From positions 2,885,361 through 2,949,360 of the forward strand of contig CM074805.1 in the NCBI GenBank assembly GCA_037447605.1: a DNA stretch of 64,000 bases, in the 5' to 3' direction. This DNA is from Zygnema circumcarinatum SAG 698-1b. Lineage: Eukaryota; Plantae; Zygnematophyceae. Each line of letters starts with the position of its first letter. Position 1 is the stretch's first letter. The translations under genes were made by a program, and so were the position numbers. This document shows, piece by piece, positions 31,289-55,844 of this stretch. Below the pieces are notes generated by a model that was not told the DNA's origin, did no database searches, and saw only the letters and a list, made by a program, of their open reading frames with translations.

Positions 31289-34200
31289 ATGGCCCTTCTC
31301 CCCGCCTGCCTGCCACGTGGCGGCCCTCTCACTGTGCCCCTCCGCCACTTCGCGACCTCTCCTGTCCTTTGCAGCTTCAGCAGATTGCCTTCTTCCTGCA
31401 AGCTTTCCACAGAATTAGGGCAAAAGTTTTCCCATGGCGGCTCTTGCACCGCGAGAAGCGGGGGAGGGCGGCTTTCTTCTTCGGGCCGCCAGGGGCTCCG
31501 CGTTTCGGAGAATGATTCGCAAGTGCCAAGTGACAGCAGTGGAGGAGAGAGGGAATTAGGTCAAGCAGAGGCAGCGCCGCTTGGTGAAGGAAGGCAAGAA
31601 GGCGGCAATGTGGGTCTGGCTGTGGCTTCCGCTGCAGCTGCCATAGTTTTATTTCTTGGCACTCGACTCGGGGGAGGTGGAGCGGACCTTGGGACTCTCT
31701 CAGCACTCGCCATCCCTTACGATGAGGTGAGTGGGGAAGCGTGCGGGAAGGGGGGTTCTTTATGGGCTACGTCTTTGAGATACAATCTGGTTTTCCGAAG
31801 TCTATAAGGTGGAGCGCAATGCCATGGGAACAAATGCAATTTTCCCGATTCAATAGAGTGACTGCACTGGAAAAGTTGACGTTCATTGTCTTGTCCATGA
31901 GGCAAGGATATTGCTTGCACAGGAAATGCTGCACAATGTAGCAAACGGTTTCATCCCACGTCGTTTTGGAAAATCGTTTACTATTGACTGTTTCAGTTTC
32001 CTACGATTTGTCCTTGGGTGAACCTGCGCCTAGGCACCCATGATGACACAACTGAAAAGGCATTTGGCTTCGTATCCAGCTTCATTTTCAATACTATCAT
32101 TTGCTGGAATATTGTGGATGCTGATTCATCGTTGGACCAGTATGCATTTAATGTCGCAGATATCACGCCAATGCTTGGAGAGGTTCGATGCCATTGAATG
32201 AATATGAATGTATTACGCTGTGGGGTTTAGTACTTGCAACTTTTCCATGAACATGAGCGACACACGTTGCGCCTTCTCAAATGTTGCAAATCTTACGTCG
32301 CACGTGTGTATTTTAGCTGTTTTCCGTGATTGATCAGTACAGTGCACCGGATTGAGGAGGTCCACACTTGGTTTTAACTCCGGGGTAACCCCGCCATACG
32401 ACGTTCATTTTTTTCCGAATTAATGAACATGAATTGAACTATGAATTGAGCATGATGAACAATAACATGTCATCCGATGAACATTTGAACAAAGATTATG
32501 ACTTGTTCGTACAATCCAGTATCATATTGTTTACCCGTGGACCCAAGTCAAAGCATTTGAGCATGTTTAGGAATTAGAATTGTTCAAATGTTCAACTGTT
32601 GTTTCGGAAGTTCAGCTTGAACATCTGTCAATGAATAGTTCAATAAAAATTGCTATTGGTATTGGAACGCAGTCCTTGAATGACTGTGTATATTGAGGTT
32701 TTCGAGGTAATTTATGTTTGTAGTGTTCAAGCCAAGTGGTGGTACAGTAGTATCAGTTTGGTAGCGCCATTGCAGCTGTGAGATCATCATCGTTTTGTAT
32801 AGTCGTCCTACCCTCCTACAAATTTGTCTAGATATTGTAGGCAATTATATCTCTTGAATGTGTAAGTGAGCTTCTGTACTGGTCGTTCCTGTAGGTGCAA
32901 ATGTACTCCATAACTTGGAATGACTGAAAGGGGAAGCTTCGTGTACGTCTTTAAGCTATTAATTACCTTATGTTTTACATCGTCAGCTGTACTTTGTACG
33001 TCTGACCAGCGTTACAAACAATCAGTAATTCCATAGCAGTCTGGATAGGGCGGGAGAGAGGGAGGGAAGCATTGGGTGCAACAGTGGCGCTCAGACGGCG
33101 AAGGCTGGTCCGTTGTTGCCACCTTACGATGCACGATCGACGGCTGGTTGGACTGATGGCAGCTATGGATGTGTTGGAATGGTGAATTCAGATAGGTTCC
33201 TCGTTTTGGAGAGGTTGGTGAGTAGTTTAACGCATCGTATCGGTAATCATGAAACCAATACGTGACAATATGATAGATTGCTTCTACTGTACCGGCTGTC
33301 GTCCCTCTCCAGCATCGTTTCATTTCTGTTGTACAGCCTATCTGCAGCCCTCTCTGTCTCCCGCAGCGTCGCCACCGCCCTTGTCCTAAAGGCACCATTG
33401 ATGTGTCTGCACAGCGGATTTTGGGATCCATTTCAAAACAGGATCAGTCTGAGGGTTGCATATAGACCCATCTCTTTTCTATTTTATTGAAGTCATTTCG
33501 AATACTGTGATGTTCGTGAACCAAGTTAAGAACGAACAGGTTTGCAGACCATTATCCAAGAGCGTAGTGGCATTTGCGCCTTGTCTGCTTTTCATGGGAA
33601 TCGGGGAGCCCCCTGGATATGTTTTGAGGTTTGATGATCCATTGGACATTAGAGCCAGTCTTGTTCCTGTACACCCTCTGTCTAAATACTTTCTTGTTTG
33701 TTTCCAATGGTAGCTTCCAATTTTTGTGAATTGTCTGCTTTGTTCTCCCCAGCTGCTGACATGGCAGTCTGGGATTTTTCAAATGCAGGCGCTGAGAAAC
33801 GGCCGGCCGACAGTTGTCGAATTTTATGCAGATTGGTGCGAAGTGTGTCGCGAGCTGGCAGGCTCCTTGTACGGAGTGGAAGCAGAGTACAAGTGAGCGA
33901 AATATTCAGAACTCTCTCCGTTTCTGGTTTTCTGTGCTAAGCTTGTCGGCGGGATCAATCGTGTTGTGGCCTCTGCCTTTATCTTTCTATGTTTTTTCAA
34001 TGGTCCATGCTGTGTTTTGATTGGCTTCTCCAATTTTCCGCGGGTGTGCAGGGACAAAGTTAATTTTGTGATGTTGAATATCGATAATGTAAAGTGGGCG
34101 GAGGAGCTTAACGAGTTTGGAGTAGAAGGAATCCCTCATTTTGTGTTCTTAGATGCACAAGGGAATGAAGAAGGAAACATTGTCGGGAAACTGCCAAAGA

Positions 34201-34337
34201 AAGTGCTGCAAGAAAATCTGTCTGCCCTCGCCCGCGGCGACCCCAAGCTCCCATACTCACAAGTGGTGGGGGAGTTCTCTGTTCGCAGTGACCGTCAAAC
34301 GGCAGCAGTCACGGACCCGAGGGCCCACGGAAACTGA
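31289..34337 (+). CDS. HCF164: Thioredoxin-like protein HCF164 (thylakoid), about 275 aa
   Basis: Exons 31289-31726, 33789-33892 and 34052-34337 with consistent phases. Transit-peptide-like N-terminus, hydrophobic anchor ([20 protein letters not shown]), [17 protein letters not shown] active site, and [40 protein letters not shown]. Confidence 0.95.
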
Positions 34338-34931
34338 ATAGGGCAAACAGGATTGTTTTTAAAAAAGAAGAATTGACCCTTCTTTGTAATCTATTGTCGT
34401 TTGAGGGGGGCTTCTGCTTTTACTGGTTGCCAAAGATTTTGAAATGTTGTTTCTAAGTTGAGTGTCATATGCTTGTAGTGAATCATATACGGCGAGTGAG
34501 AGGTGTACCTGTCCTTAGTTTAGGGACGTTCTTCATTTCCTGCTGAGGAATCGGTCCTTTTCTGAATTCCTGGAGATTCCACTTGTAATTTCAAGCTTGT
34601 ACACAAAGGAAGTTTTTTTCACGAGTGTTGCGGACTGTGGATGCGGTGCACATTGAGAGAAAGAGGATACGGAAAAGTGGATGTGGAATTTGATAATGGG
34701 GCCACAATGAGAGGTAGGCGAGTGCTGCCTGCCGCCTTCCCGCACAGACAGGCGCGTGCCGAGGCCGTATCTTGTGTTGCTCGGGACGGCGCCTGCCGGT
34801 GGTGCGCATCCATGCCTCAGCGTGAAGGGCACGGAACCGCGCAGTTCCAGCGAGTTCCCACGAGGGATCGCTAACGCAGTGCCGTGTTTTAGAATTCCAA
34901 TAAAAAACTCTAAAAGTCAGGCCGTTTTATA

Positions 34932-36500
<1,569 letters not shown>

Positions 36501-39500
36501 GTTTTATAAAAACACTTTTAGAATCCCCGTACAACAGGACAGGTGTACGGTCATCGGCAGCCTCGCTGACGGGCGTCAGGGGCCAGCGCCAACCTAAAAT
36601 TGAGATCGACAACCGTACGACCGTAATGTTGTTCGATGTCAACGGTTGCACGGTCATTCTAAAAGTATTTTAAGACTCTGAAACTTTTGGATATTAGAAC
36701 GTTCAAATACTGAAATCTAAAACTCTAAAAGTCCCTTGTACGGACTTTTTGACATCCCTAGTTCCCACGCCTAATTCTGTTACCCTCCGTGACGCTGATG
36801 GTGAAACTAAAATGCGCGAGCGCGGAGTTCGCCCTCATGTGGCCCTCCCTCATGGGCGGTGCTCGGCGCATTTTTGGGGATGTTGTGTTGGCCGGTCCGA
36901 TCCGTCGCGATTTATTGTCCCGCGCGCAGCGCACCGTGAAGGCGGGGCTCCTCGCGATGCGGCCCTGCGCAAGGAGCGCCGTGACGTGACACTGCCGACG
37001 AGTTTGGTCCGATGGCTGTTGCGGTTTTTGGATGCCTCGAGGCACGCTCTCCATCCTTCCTTCGCCCATCGCTCCTTCGAGATGCGCGCACGGCCCCAGA
37101 AGCCCTCCTTTCCTCTTGCGGCGATCCTCGCTAGTTTTTATCGACAGCGCATTTCCGTCGCCCTTCAGCGCTGCCGTCCTCGCTTCTCCGCTCCTTCGGC
37201 GTGAAGCCGCGGTTGTTGGTGGCTGTGTCGGTGGCCTTCCGCCGCTCTCTCTCGGCGACCTTCGCGGCTGCTTCGAGGGAGGGCTTGAAGCGTTGTTGAG
37301 GCGAGGCGTAGCTTTCCGTTCTCAGCTTTTCTCTGTTGTCCGTAGGTCCTTTGACACTGCGTTCACACGACTGCGTTCTATATCCACTGATATCCATCCC
37401 TATATCGGATACGTGTATGTTACGATGTATCGATATCGGGGCGATATATCGATGTCGTCGGCAGTCCTTCCGGGAAAACGACCGGGACGGTTTTGCGCGC
37501 GTTCCGTGGACCTTCCGTTACGTGGCGCGCTTGTCTTGGCGGCGTGTTGGGGCGTTGACTCTCGTCGGGGTCGCTTTGTGTCCCGTCGTCATGTTGGGAC
37601 TTCGCGCATGGCGGCTGTTCGGACGAGCAGGTACAACCAGCGGGTACAATGTCAATCGCAGCCTCAAACTCGAAAGAACTCCTTCATTTTCCTGGTTCTT
37701 GTTTTCATTTGATTTACGTCTGCAAAGTCAAATGCATCAGCTTCAGAAATGCCTACGCGTGTCAAAAGACCTGACCTACACGCGACACTAAAACTCTAGA
37801 CACTCTGAAACCTCAGAGAGTATATGAACGAGCTCGCTGACGAGGGTTAAGGGTCATAATGTCATGGGCTTTAGGGTTGTACTTTAAAGGTTTTTGTTTA
37901 TCTCAGAGTTAAGGGAAGAGGCCTGCCGTTTGCGAACTCTAGAGCAAGCGAATGCGATTCGGCCAGTGGCAGTGAAGGCGATGCCGATGACAAGATGAAA
38001 AAATCAACTTGCAGAGATGGAAGGAGTAAAGGTAGACCTTTTCTTTCGTCTATCCTAAATTTTAGAGAAATGTGGCTGAAACCTTTGCATCGGCCATAGC
38101 TAGTAAAATATCAGTAACAAAACGCAGCGTGAGAGAGAGCGGGAGAAGACAGAAAAGGGAGGGGGCTAGAGAAGCTCAGGATAGAGAGAGTAATCACCCC
38201 TCAGCCCCCGACAGCAGTGGTGCCGCCCCCGTGCAGCCGCCAATCTGTCCGGCTCCGGCTTCGCCGCCCGCCGACCGTACAATGGCGGCATCCCCCCGGA
38301 TGGCCCCGCCCTCATGCGGCCATGCTGCCTTGCATCCTACGAGCTGACCGTACCGTATCCTGCAGTATCATATCATATCGTATCGTATCGTACCATACCT
38401 TATCGTATCACATTCCAATGCAAATCTTTGGCATTTCCTCAAAAAGTGTGATTCAAAAATATTACCGTACGGCACGGTGTCGAACGCAATCCGACATTAA
38501 CTGTCAAAGATCGCGCCGCCCTGCACCTCCATGCCGGCCGTAAGTTACAGTTGCGGCAGCGGTTAGCGCAGACGGGTGAGCGTACGGTGCGCGGAACAAA
38601 CTTCCAAGTTCCGACAGCCGTTGGTCCTCCGCAAGCCGACGAATCGCGTCCGATCCGGCCCGCACAGTGCCGCACGCCAATCATTGCGGCCGCGGGTGAG
38701 ACAAACCATGACGTCAACATTCGTCGTCAGCCAGTGGCCGCTGCCGAGGGACAGTTTGCAGTCCGCTTGAAGGCAAAACAGGTGACGTCATGATGACTTC
38801 AAAATCCGCTTCATTGGTGCTGACGTCACCTGAATTTGCTGGCACGTCGGCGTGTCGTATTATGCGGTTGGCACCTGAGCTCGCGCGAGTTGCAAACTGG
38901 AAGCTCTTGAATGACGTCATTCCGATCCTCATGATTTTGTCTACATCGATTCGCGACAATATTGTACCACTTGTGTACGGTGCCACGGCCGTTCGTACAT
39001 GGCCCCAGCAACACGCGGTCACGGACGCCCCGCCCTCGGCCGGGGCGGGCCCCGTCCCGTCTTGTTCTGTCCTGTCCTGTCTGTCTTGTTCTGGCCTGTC
39101 CTTTCCGGGCCGGGCTGGTCCGCGGCCTTTGGTCGGTCGGTTCGTTGGCGAGCGGTCGGATCCGGCGCGGCGCGTGGTTGGTTGTCGCGGCCCGCGGCGC
39201 GAACGACAAGGACAACTATGACCGTACGGCCCCCGGCGTGGCCGGAGCGGAAGGAACCGTCTTAGGGAAGGAGGGCGGATTGGACGGCTCCTCGCCTCCC
39301 CGCCGATTCGAGTTTTGTGATGACGGGAGTACAGTTCTAATGTTGTTCTCATGTCGGCCACGTTCTAGCGTTGCAATTTCATGACAAAATCAACTTTAAC
39401 TCTTGCATTTCAAGGCTGTAGCAGCCCTTGCCGCATGAGATTGTTGATCGCACCGCCAGCAGGAGCGTGCCGCTGATGGACAAACGTGCCGACATGTACT

Positions 39501-40194
39501 TCCACTTTCCACTTCTCATTCAGCAATTATGGTCACGCTGCCAGTGCATTCCAGAAGCTTCCGCTGAGCTTTCAGGCTCTTTGTTCAGCATCTGCAGACC
39601 AAACGCGAGTGCCAGTGAAAGCCTCCGCCTGCATTGCGGAGATATAGCATATATATATTTTTTTCCAAGAATGCACTGGTAGTGATGTGGTGTTGACGAA
39701 CAAAGTCTGTTTTAGAGAGAACATGCTTCTCAGGTGGAAGTGTCCTAGCTCAGCTGTCACAATCAAGGCAAAAGTAAGAAGACAAATTTGTTTCGGCCTT
39801 GAAGTTCCTCCTGGCTAGACAAACCATCGATAACGCATCTACCTCTTAAATTCAAACGGCATCAACATCAGAACCATACAGAAAATCAGCAGACAAACCC
39901 CACTCAATTTCATTATGCATTACAGAGCCATTTATTTTTTCGTTCAAAGAATAGAGTGTCAGGGTAGCGCAATCTTTTTATCGAAGGAAGAGTAGAGCCT
40001 CTTTCAGACCCTTATTTTGCTTAAAATGAATTAAACGAATAATAAATGATTACTGACCGCTCAAATGGGGCGAGCCAGTTACAAAACTCTAATGTACGCT
40101 CAAGTATAATACAACTGAGGGGCGAGAGTAATCATATTTCTCCTTCGCCTCTAGTGCAGCTCGCCTTACCTAACAGAAACAGACTATGTTAAAC

Positions 40195-42549
40195 TCAGTA
40201 AACATTCGCAGACATTTGAGGAAAGTGATCGCGGAAGCGGATGAAGTCAGCTATTCTCAGACTGTCCTGCCCCCCTAGAGTAGAGAGAGGATCGCCGAGA
40301 GCAGACCCCCCTGGTGGCGAGGATGAGTCGAGCTCCCACGAGCAGGACGAGGTTGAAGGCAGTCCACATAGGTGAAGCTCGGAAGGCTCCAGAGGAGGAA
40401 GGCCACAAGGATCCTCGAAAAATGTCGCGCTCGGACTTTTCTGCGATTCTCCTGAGGCCTCTGCATTCAAAGCCATCGTCGCTAGAGCCTCCAAGCTAAC
40501 TTCTCCTTTCTCCGAACTGTCGCATGAAGGATAGCTGGTGCCCTTCCTTCCATCACCCGTAGCTGCACATTGCGAGCTCTCCAAGGAGTCATAGGGCTGT
40601 CGGATATACTGAGCATATGCGTCAAGGTCTGAGCTCGCTCTCGAGAGGCTCTCCTCCCCATTCGGCATCAATCGTGCCGAGCGCAGCCAGCCGAACAGCT
40701 CCCCCTCCGGCTCCGCTGACTGGACCTTGGTGCCCCAGGAGGTCTTCAGGAGGTGAGCAGAGTTGGCTTCAGCTGTCGGCTTCTGCAGAGCCTCAGGCAA
40801 CGGAACAGAATCCACTAAGCCGGGCAGCAGCTCTTCCATGTGAGACGGCGGCGTGCGCTGCGGAAATGGGGACAGTCTCCTCCGCTTCGCTAGACCCAAC
40901 CCGCCCTGCCTCGACCCCATCACTGCAAGAATGCGGCCTTCCATGAGGGCCTCGGCAACCACCTCAGCAGGAAGTCCCGCAGTCTTGGAGAGGAGCGTTT
41001 TGGCAACACACTCCGCGAGATCAGATGCGGCTTCAGATGTGCTCTCGTGCCAGGAAGCTTCAGTGAGGGTGAACCAAATCCTGTACAAGTCACGGAGCTC
41101 CTTTTCAAGGCTGACTTGCTCCTTTCCAATGGCGTCTGAACTGGCTCTAAAGGACAACTCGTCAAAGACTTCGAGGTTACGATCATTCATCAGGCTTGAG
41201 GCCTTGGGCTTTGTATCTTCCAGGATTTTCTTGATTTCTTCGAGATGCGTGGATGGGAAATCCATCAGTTTGCGCTCTGAGGCGAGAAGCGAGGAGGACT
41301 CATATGGCGTGCAGGAGAGCAAGGAGCGCAGAGCTCCCATCTCCGAGACTTGGAGGTCGAGCCAGCTCGACGCGTCCATGTGCCCGGGGCCCCATCTGCT
41401 GGCAAATGCGCCACCAGCCTCCTTCGCACGTGTGGCGGCATCTCGCAGGCCGTGGTTGTGCTGCTCGGCGTGAATGATTTCCAGCTCCTGCAGGTCGTCA
41501 ATGTTGAAGTCGATGGTGCGCTTTGCTGGACATGCGGTGTCTTTGAACATGCTGCAGCGGTAGTAATTCCTGCACGAGCAAGGCAGAGCGAGATGTGATT
41601 AGAAATTACCAGCAGGGAATGCACTACCAGACAGTGTACAATGTCTCTAGAGGAACACAGGCCAGGATAGACACAATCATAGTGGGAACTATGAGGATAA
41701 TGGTGATGTAGCAGATAAACATCAATCATACACAGTCGACTCAATTCACGTTCCCTTCGCTTCACACACTCTCTAAATAATTGATCTTTCGACGAGTGTG
41801 TCAGAACATAAGGAGAGTTAAGGAGTGACGAGGAACTGACGAGTGAGCAAAGGGGCGCTATTCAAGTGACCAAAGTTTCCTTTTCGACTCTTTAAAAGAA
41901 AATTCCAACATGGAGCACGAAGCATCAACAATCAAATGGGAAAGGTGACATTCACAAAGGAAACACACTTATATCCTCCCATCACTAAAAACATGCAACG
42001 AGGGACATGTCACCAATAGTAGACCAAGAAAAACCATTCAACGTATCCAACATAATAGAAAATAAAAAAAACCATTCAAAACTCCATACAATAGAGCGTA
42101 TCCACATCATCATTCCCAAAATGTCCACAGGGCACAACATGGTAAAAGTCCTTACCGCATGATATTGGTGCCCCTAATGGGCTTCTGCCCGTACTTGAGC
42201 CACATGTAGCCATCCTCGGGAATGCGCAGGCGATAGTACTTCCTCTGTCTGCAGAGACCCGAGGGAGCCCAGTGAGTCCCTCCACGCGGAGAGAGAGTGC
42301 AAAAGACAGCAATGGCGGGCCTGCCATGTGGGGCGCTGCCATTGGCTGAGGGAGGGACCGCGCGGTCCGCCGCCGCACTACTCACTTTCTCTTGGGCTTG
42401 TTGCGCGCGCTCTCGGGGGTCGACGCGGCATTGGACGCGCTCTCCTTCCTCTCGGCGGCAGGCTGCCTCCCCTCGGCCGACCCACAGGACTTGGCGTCGG
42501 GCAGCGGGGGGGAGTCGGGCTCGCTCGCGGAAGCCTCGGGAGTGGCCAT
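40195..42549 (-). CDS. WRKY-family transcription factor, WLKYGQK variant, about 543 aa
   Basis: Exons 42549-42386, 42248-42156 and 41569-40195. The domain reads PEDGYMWLKYGQKPIRGTNIMR|NYYRCSMFKDTACPAKRTIDFNIDDLQELEIIHAEQHNH, with the conserved phase-2 intron in the Arg codon. A basic patch AKRRRL lies in the C-terminal region. Confidence 0.9.
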
Positions 42550-42599
42550 GGCGGGCGGGGCTGCGAGGGAGGGAGGGCGGGCGGGTGGGAGGGAGAGCG

Positions 42600-43250
42600 G
42601 CGCGGCGGAGGAAGGGGAGAGGCCGCGCGCCATTTAAGCGGGCGCGGCGGCGCGCGCGTAACGTCCGCCTCAGGCCGCTGACGTCGGTCCGCTGGCCCGC
42701 CCGCGGAGCGCTACGCGACACGCCGCGCAAGTGGTCGTACGGAGATCAGATGCGGCCTCCCCCGTGTGAGCTGCCGCGCCAATCTGCGCCGCACGCGCGG
42801 CGGGCAAGGGTGCCAGCCGGATGCGTCGTACGAAAGCCGACGTGGCGGGATGTGGATTCCGGTCTTGATTTGGGCCAATAATGAAAATGTCGGCGCCGTG
42901 CGGAGAACGGAGCACAGCCGCGCGGGCTGCACATGGGACAGGCTGGCGGCAGGGGCGGCCCTGTGGCGGCTGCGGGCCGGGTCGCGGCGGGGCCCGCCGG
43001 GCGGCTCGCGGCGGGCGGCGCGCTGATTGGCCGAGGGGGGAGCGCGCAGGGTGACGTGGCGGTACTGCGCCACGTGGACGCGGCGCGCGGGCGGGCGTGG
43101 ACCAGTGGCACTCCGTTCCCAGCAGAAAATTTGGGGGGAGCGCGCTGGGATCCGCGGCGCGTCAGCACGGGGAGCATTTGCTGAAGCTGGCCACGTGTGC
43201 GATCGCGCCAGGGATTGCGATTTTCTGTTTTTATCGTTGAGGATGAAAGC
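42600..43250. promoter_or_regulatory. CpG-island promoter region of the WRKY gene with G-boxes
   Basis: GC-rich stretch upstream of the ATG with GCCACGTGG (about 43068), GCCACGTGT (about 43190), TGACGT and CGTACG motifs. Confidence 0.4.
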
Positions 43251-44719
43251 CGCCCTTAGAATCTAGCGGCGGTCTCGGGCCCACCGACACGGGAGTTTGT
43301 CCGCTAGCCGAAAAAGTACGATGGATGAGATGACACGTCCCCTCTTGGAGGACGCGTGTCGACGCGTGGAGCGTGCGCATTTATCGAGACGAATCGTGGG
43401 AGATTGCCGCCCGGTCAGCGCAATCAGCAGTCTTGGCGGCGCGTGCGGCGTTGATGGCGACGCGCCAAATGTCCTCGACAGCGATCATGCGCGGCCAGCA
43501 GGACCCCACCCTATCCCCTTGTCGACATGCGGCGTACGGACGGTGCGACTTGCAGTCGAGGCGGCCCACGTCGGCGGCGGCCTTTGACCTTCCGCAACGG
43601 CAGCGCGCCGCCCTTTTGGGCGGGCGGGCGCTGTCGGCGTAGGCCTGATCCGCCAGCGCGGCGCGGCACATCGGCTATTGCGAATTTTTGGATCCGATTC
43701 GAATTTTTCCTCAAACTTTCATGATGGCATTTTTGGTACAGTTGGAGACAAGTCAATTGGCTGGTTAAATATGGTTCTGATTTTTGAAGCCATGCACACT
43801 ACATGTCACGATGGCATCTCCATCGTGAGACCAATGCCACATGTCTCTTCGAACGCAAAGGATGTGGCATTGAACTCCCTTCCCATGTACAGGCATCATC
43901 AAAAGGAAAGGAATACAGGATATCCCTCAAGTATCGTACATAGCTTATTTACCGGGGAAATGGAGATTAATGCAAGGGATTTACAGGTCGGACCATTGGA
44001 TCAACAATTGGTTGCAAACTATTGGAGGGCGTACCAGCCAATCGTTGCCAATGGTTCTAAACCATTGGAGAGCGGGCCAGACAATCATTGCCAATGGTTG
44101 CGAACCATTGGATCGCGAGCAGGCCAACCATAGCCAATGTTTCGCAACCATTGCCGTCAGGCCGAAACAACCATTGCCAATGGTCGGAACCATTGAATCT
44201 AATGATTTCCAACCATTGCAAATGATTCGAACCATTGGATTGAATAATCATTTAAATTATTTTTTTATCACAGAAACATTCGTCACTCTTCTAATATATA
44301 CAGTAGTGGTTAGAATGCGCCTTTCCACGACTGCCGAGACATGATTGAAGTCCGTCTGTCGGTGGAGAACTTTTTGCACTTTCTATGTAATAATGGTTCC
44401 AACATGGATTGAACCCGCTCGATGACGCCCGCCCGGCCCCAGCGCGGAGGCTCCATCGCCAGTTCACCGTCGTGCGCGACGCGTTATCTGAGTTCCATGA
44501 GGGCGCGTTATTTGTCCACGTGGCGTCCACGTCAGCGTTTGTCAAGATTCTCCCCGCAGGTTCGCAGCCCGCCGCAGACGGCCACGGCGGATGCTACAAA
44601 CAGAACGGACTAGGACGGACGTCGTCCGTCCCCGTTCTGGATTCGGTTGCGGTTGCGGTTCCGTAAACTATGCGACATGTAGCGTTTTTCTGGACAGCAA
44701 AAAATGTCCATCGTCGATA

Positions 44720-46113
<1,394 letters not shown>

Positions 46114-47242
46114 CGTCGATATGACGCTTGAAGACGCGTGCGAGCCCCATTCGTTCGTTCGTGGATATCGGAGGTATTGGTCGGTATCGGTCGGTATCGG
46201 CCGTGCAGCCTATGCATAGGATGGCCAATGGTTCAAACCATTGGCAGTGGTTGGCCAGGTCGCTAATCAATGGTTCGCACCCACTCGAATGGTTGATCCA
46301 ATGGTGCGACCTGTGCAACTATGCTCCTCGAACCGTCTGAAACTCAATTGTCCTTGTTTGCCACTCAGCCACCATCATTTGTTTAGCCATCCGTCCATAT
46401 GCGTGCCGTATACTAACCGTTTCCGTCGGCACATGAAGCGGTTCATGCTTGGATTTCGCTGCAGCAGGGACAGCAGACCTGAAAACTCAATATATATCTT
46501 GTGTTGAAGGAAGTACTCCGGCTTCCTATGGCTGTCAACCTAAACCATTGATATCTACCGAAAATCAGCTCATGCTTTCCAGCAAATTACGAAGTAAAAT
46601 TAAAAATCGAAAGCACTGTTTTGAAATGCTTCCCTAAACTCAATGTCAAACTTTGACACGCCCTACTATGTAATTCGCCTGGAAGCATGTTACTGATTTC
46701 AAATTCCAAAATCTTGGAGCTTCTGTAAGGCGAACCCCCCAAGTTTCCATTCTGGCATCCGAACTTGCTTGCTACGGATCTGCCTTTCGATATGGCAGTA
46801 TCCATTTGTAGTCATCCACAGCAAGCAAATTCATATTCTAGAACGGGAAGCCGTCTCAAATCACCTACTATAGGGTAATGCTTTTGGTTCAGCATGAAAT
46901 TGCAGAGAACTACAAGTCTACATTTGTATAAAAGCACGAGGGAAGCTGTCAAACATGGAGAGTAAAAAATTGAAGATTCAGCATTTAAATACAACGAATG
47001 TGCGAGGGTTACATATATTTCCAGCCGTTCTGGCACGCGAACTTAACGCAGAATTACAGCAGTCAGAGTGAGGTGTTGCATCTTGCTAGACTCAGCTCCT
47101 GATTGCACGTCTGCCCTGATCGCGGCAAAAAAATGGATGAAAATGGACGGATTGCGACAGCTCTACTCCTACGCCGGTGTAACAGAGATTTAGTCTCGTT
47201 CCTTTACATGCCTTCGTCGAACCCTAAAGTCAGTCTCAAAAT

Positions 47243-55364
<8,122 letters not shown>

Positions 55365-55844
55365 GTCTGACTCGCGGCCAGCCTCAGCAACCCGCCAAAC
55401 TGCGACCAAGCCGGCAGTCAAACCAGCAGGCTGGCCTTTGCCTCCGCTCGTGGAAAGCAGAGAGAGCGAAAAATGGCATCCCTCACCTGCACAGCGCTCG
55501 AGTGCTGCCTCGTTCCTGTCCTCTCCGTCTCCTCCCTCTCCCACTCTCTCCCCCACTCTCCCTCTCCCCCTCCCCTGCGGTCTGGCGTCACTGAGGAGCT
55601 CGGCGCCGGAAAAGGCGGGGCCGCAGCCAATGGGTGCGCGGGCAGCCGCGGTCGAGCATATCGTGCCACGTGTTTGGCGTGCCCCGCAGGCGCCCCCCAT
55701 TGGCCACACGTGGCGCGCCCCCGCCCGCCCGCCCGCCCGCTCCCCCGCTGGCCGGCGCCCCCCCCCGTCCGCCTCGCGCGCGGCCCCTCATCCCTCATCC
55801 GCCCGCGCGCCGCGGCCGTCCGTTGGCGCGAGTCCCATCCATCT

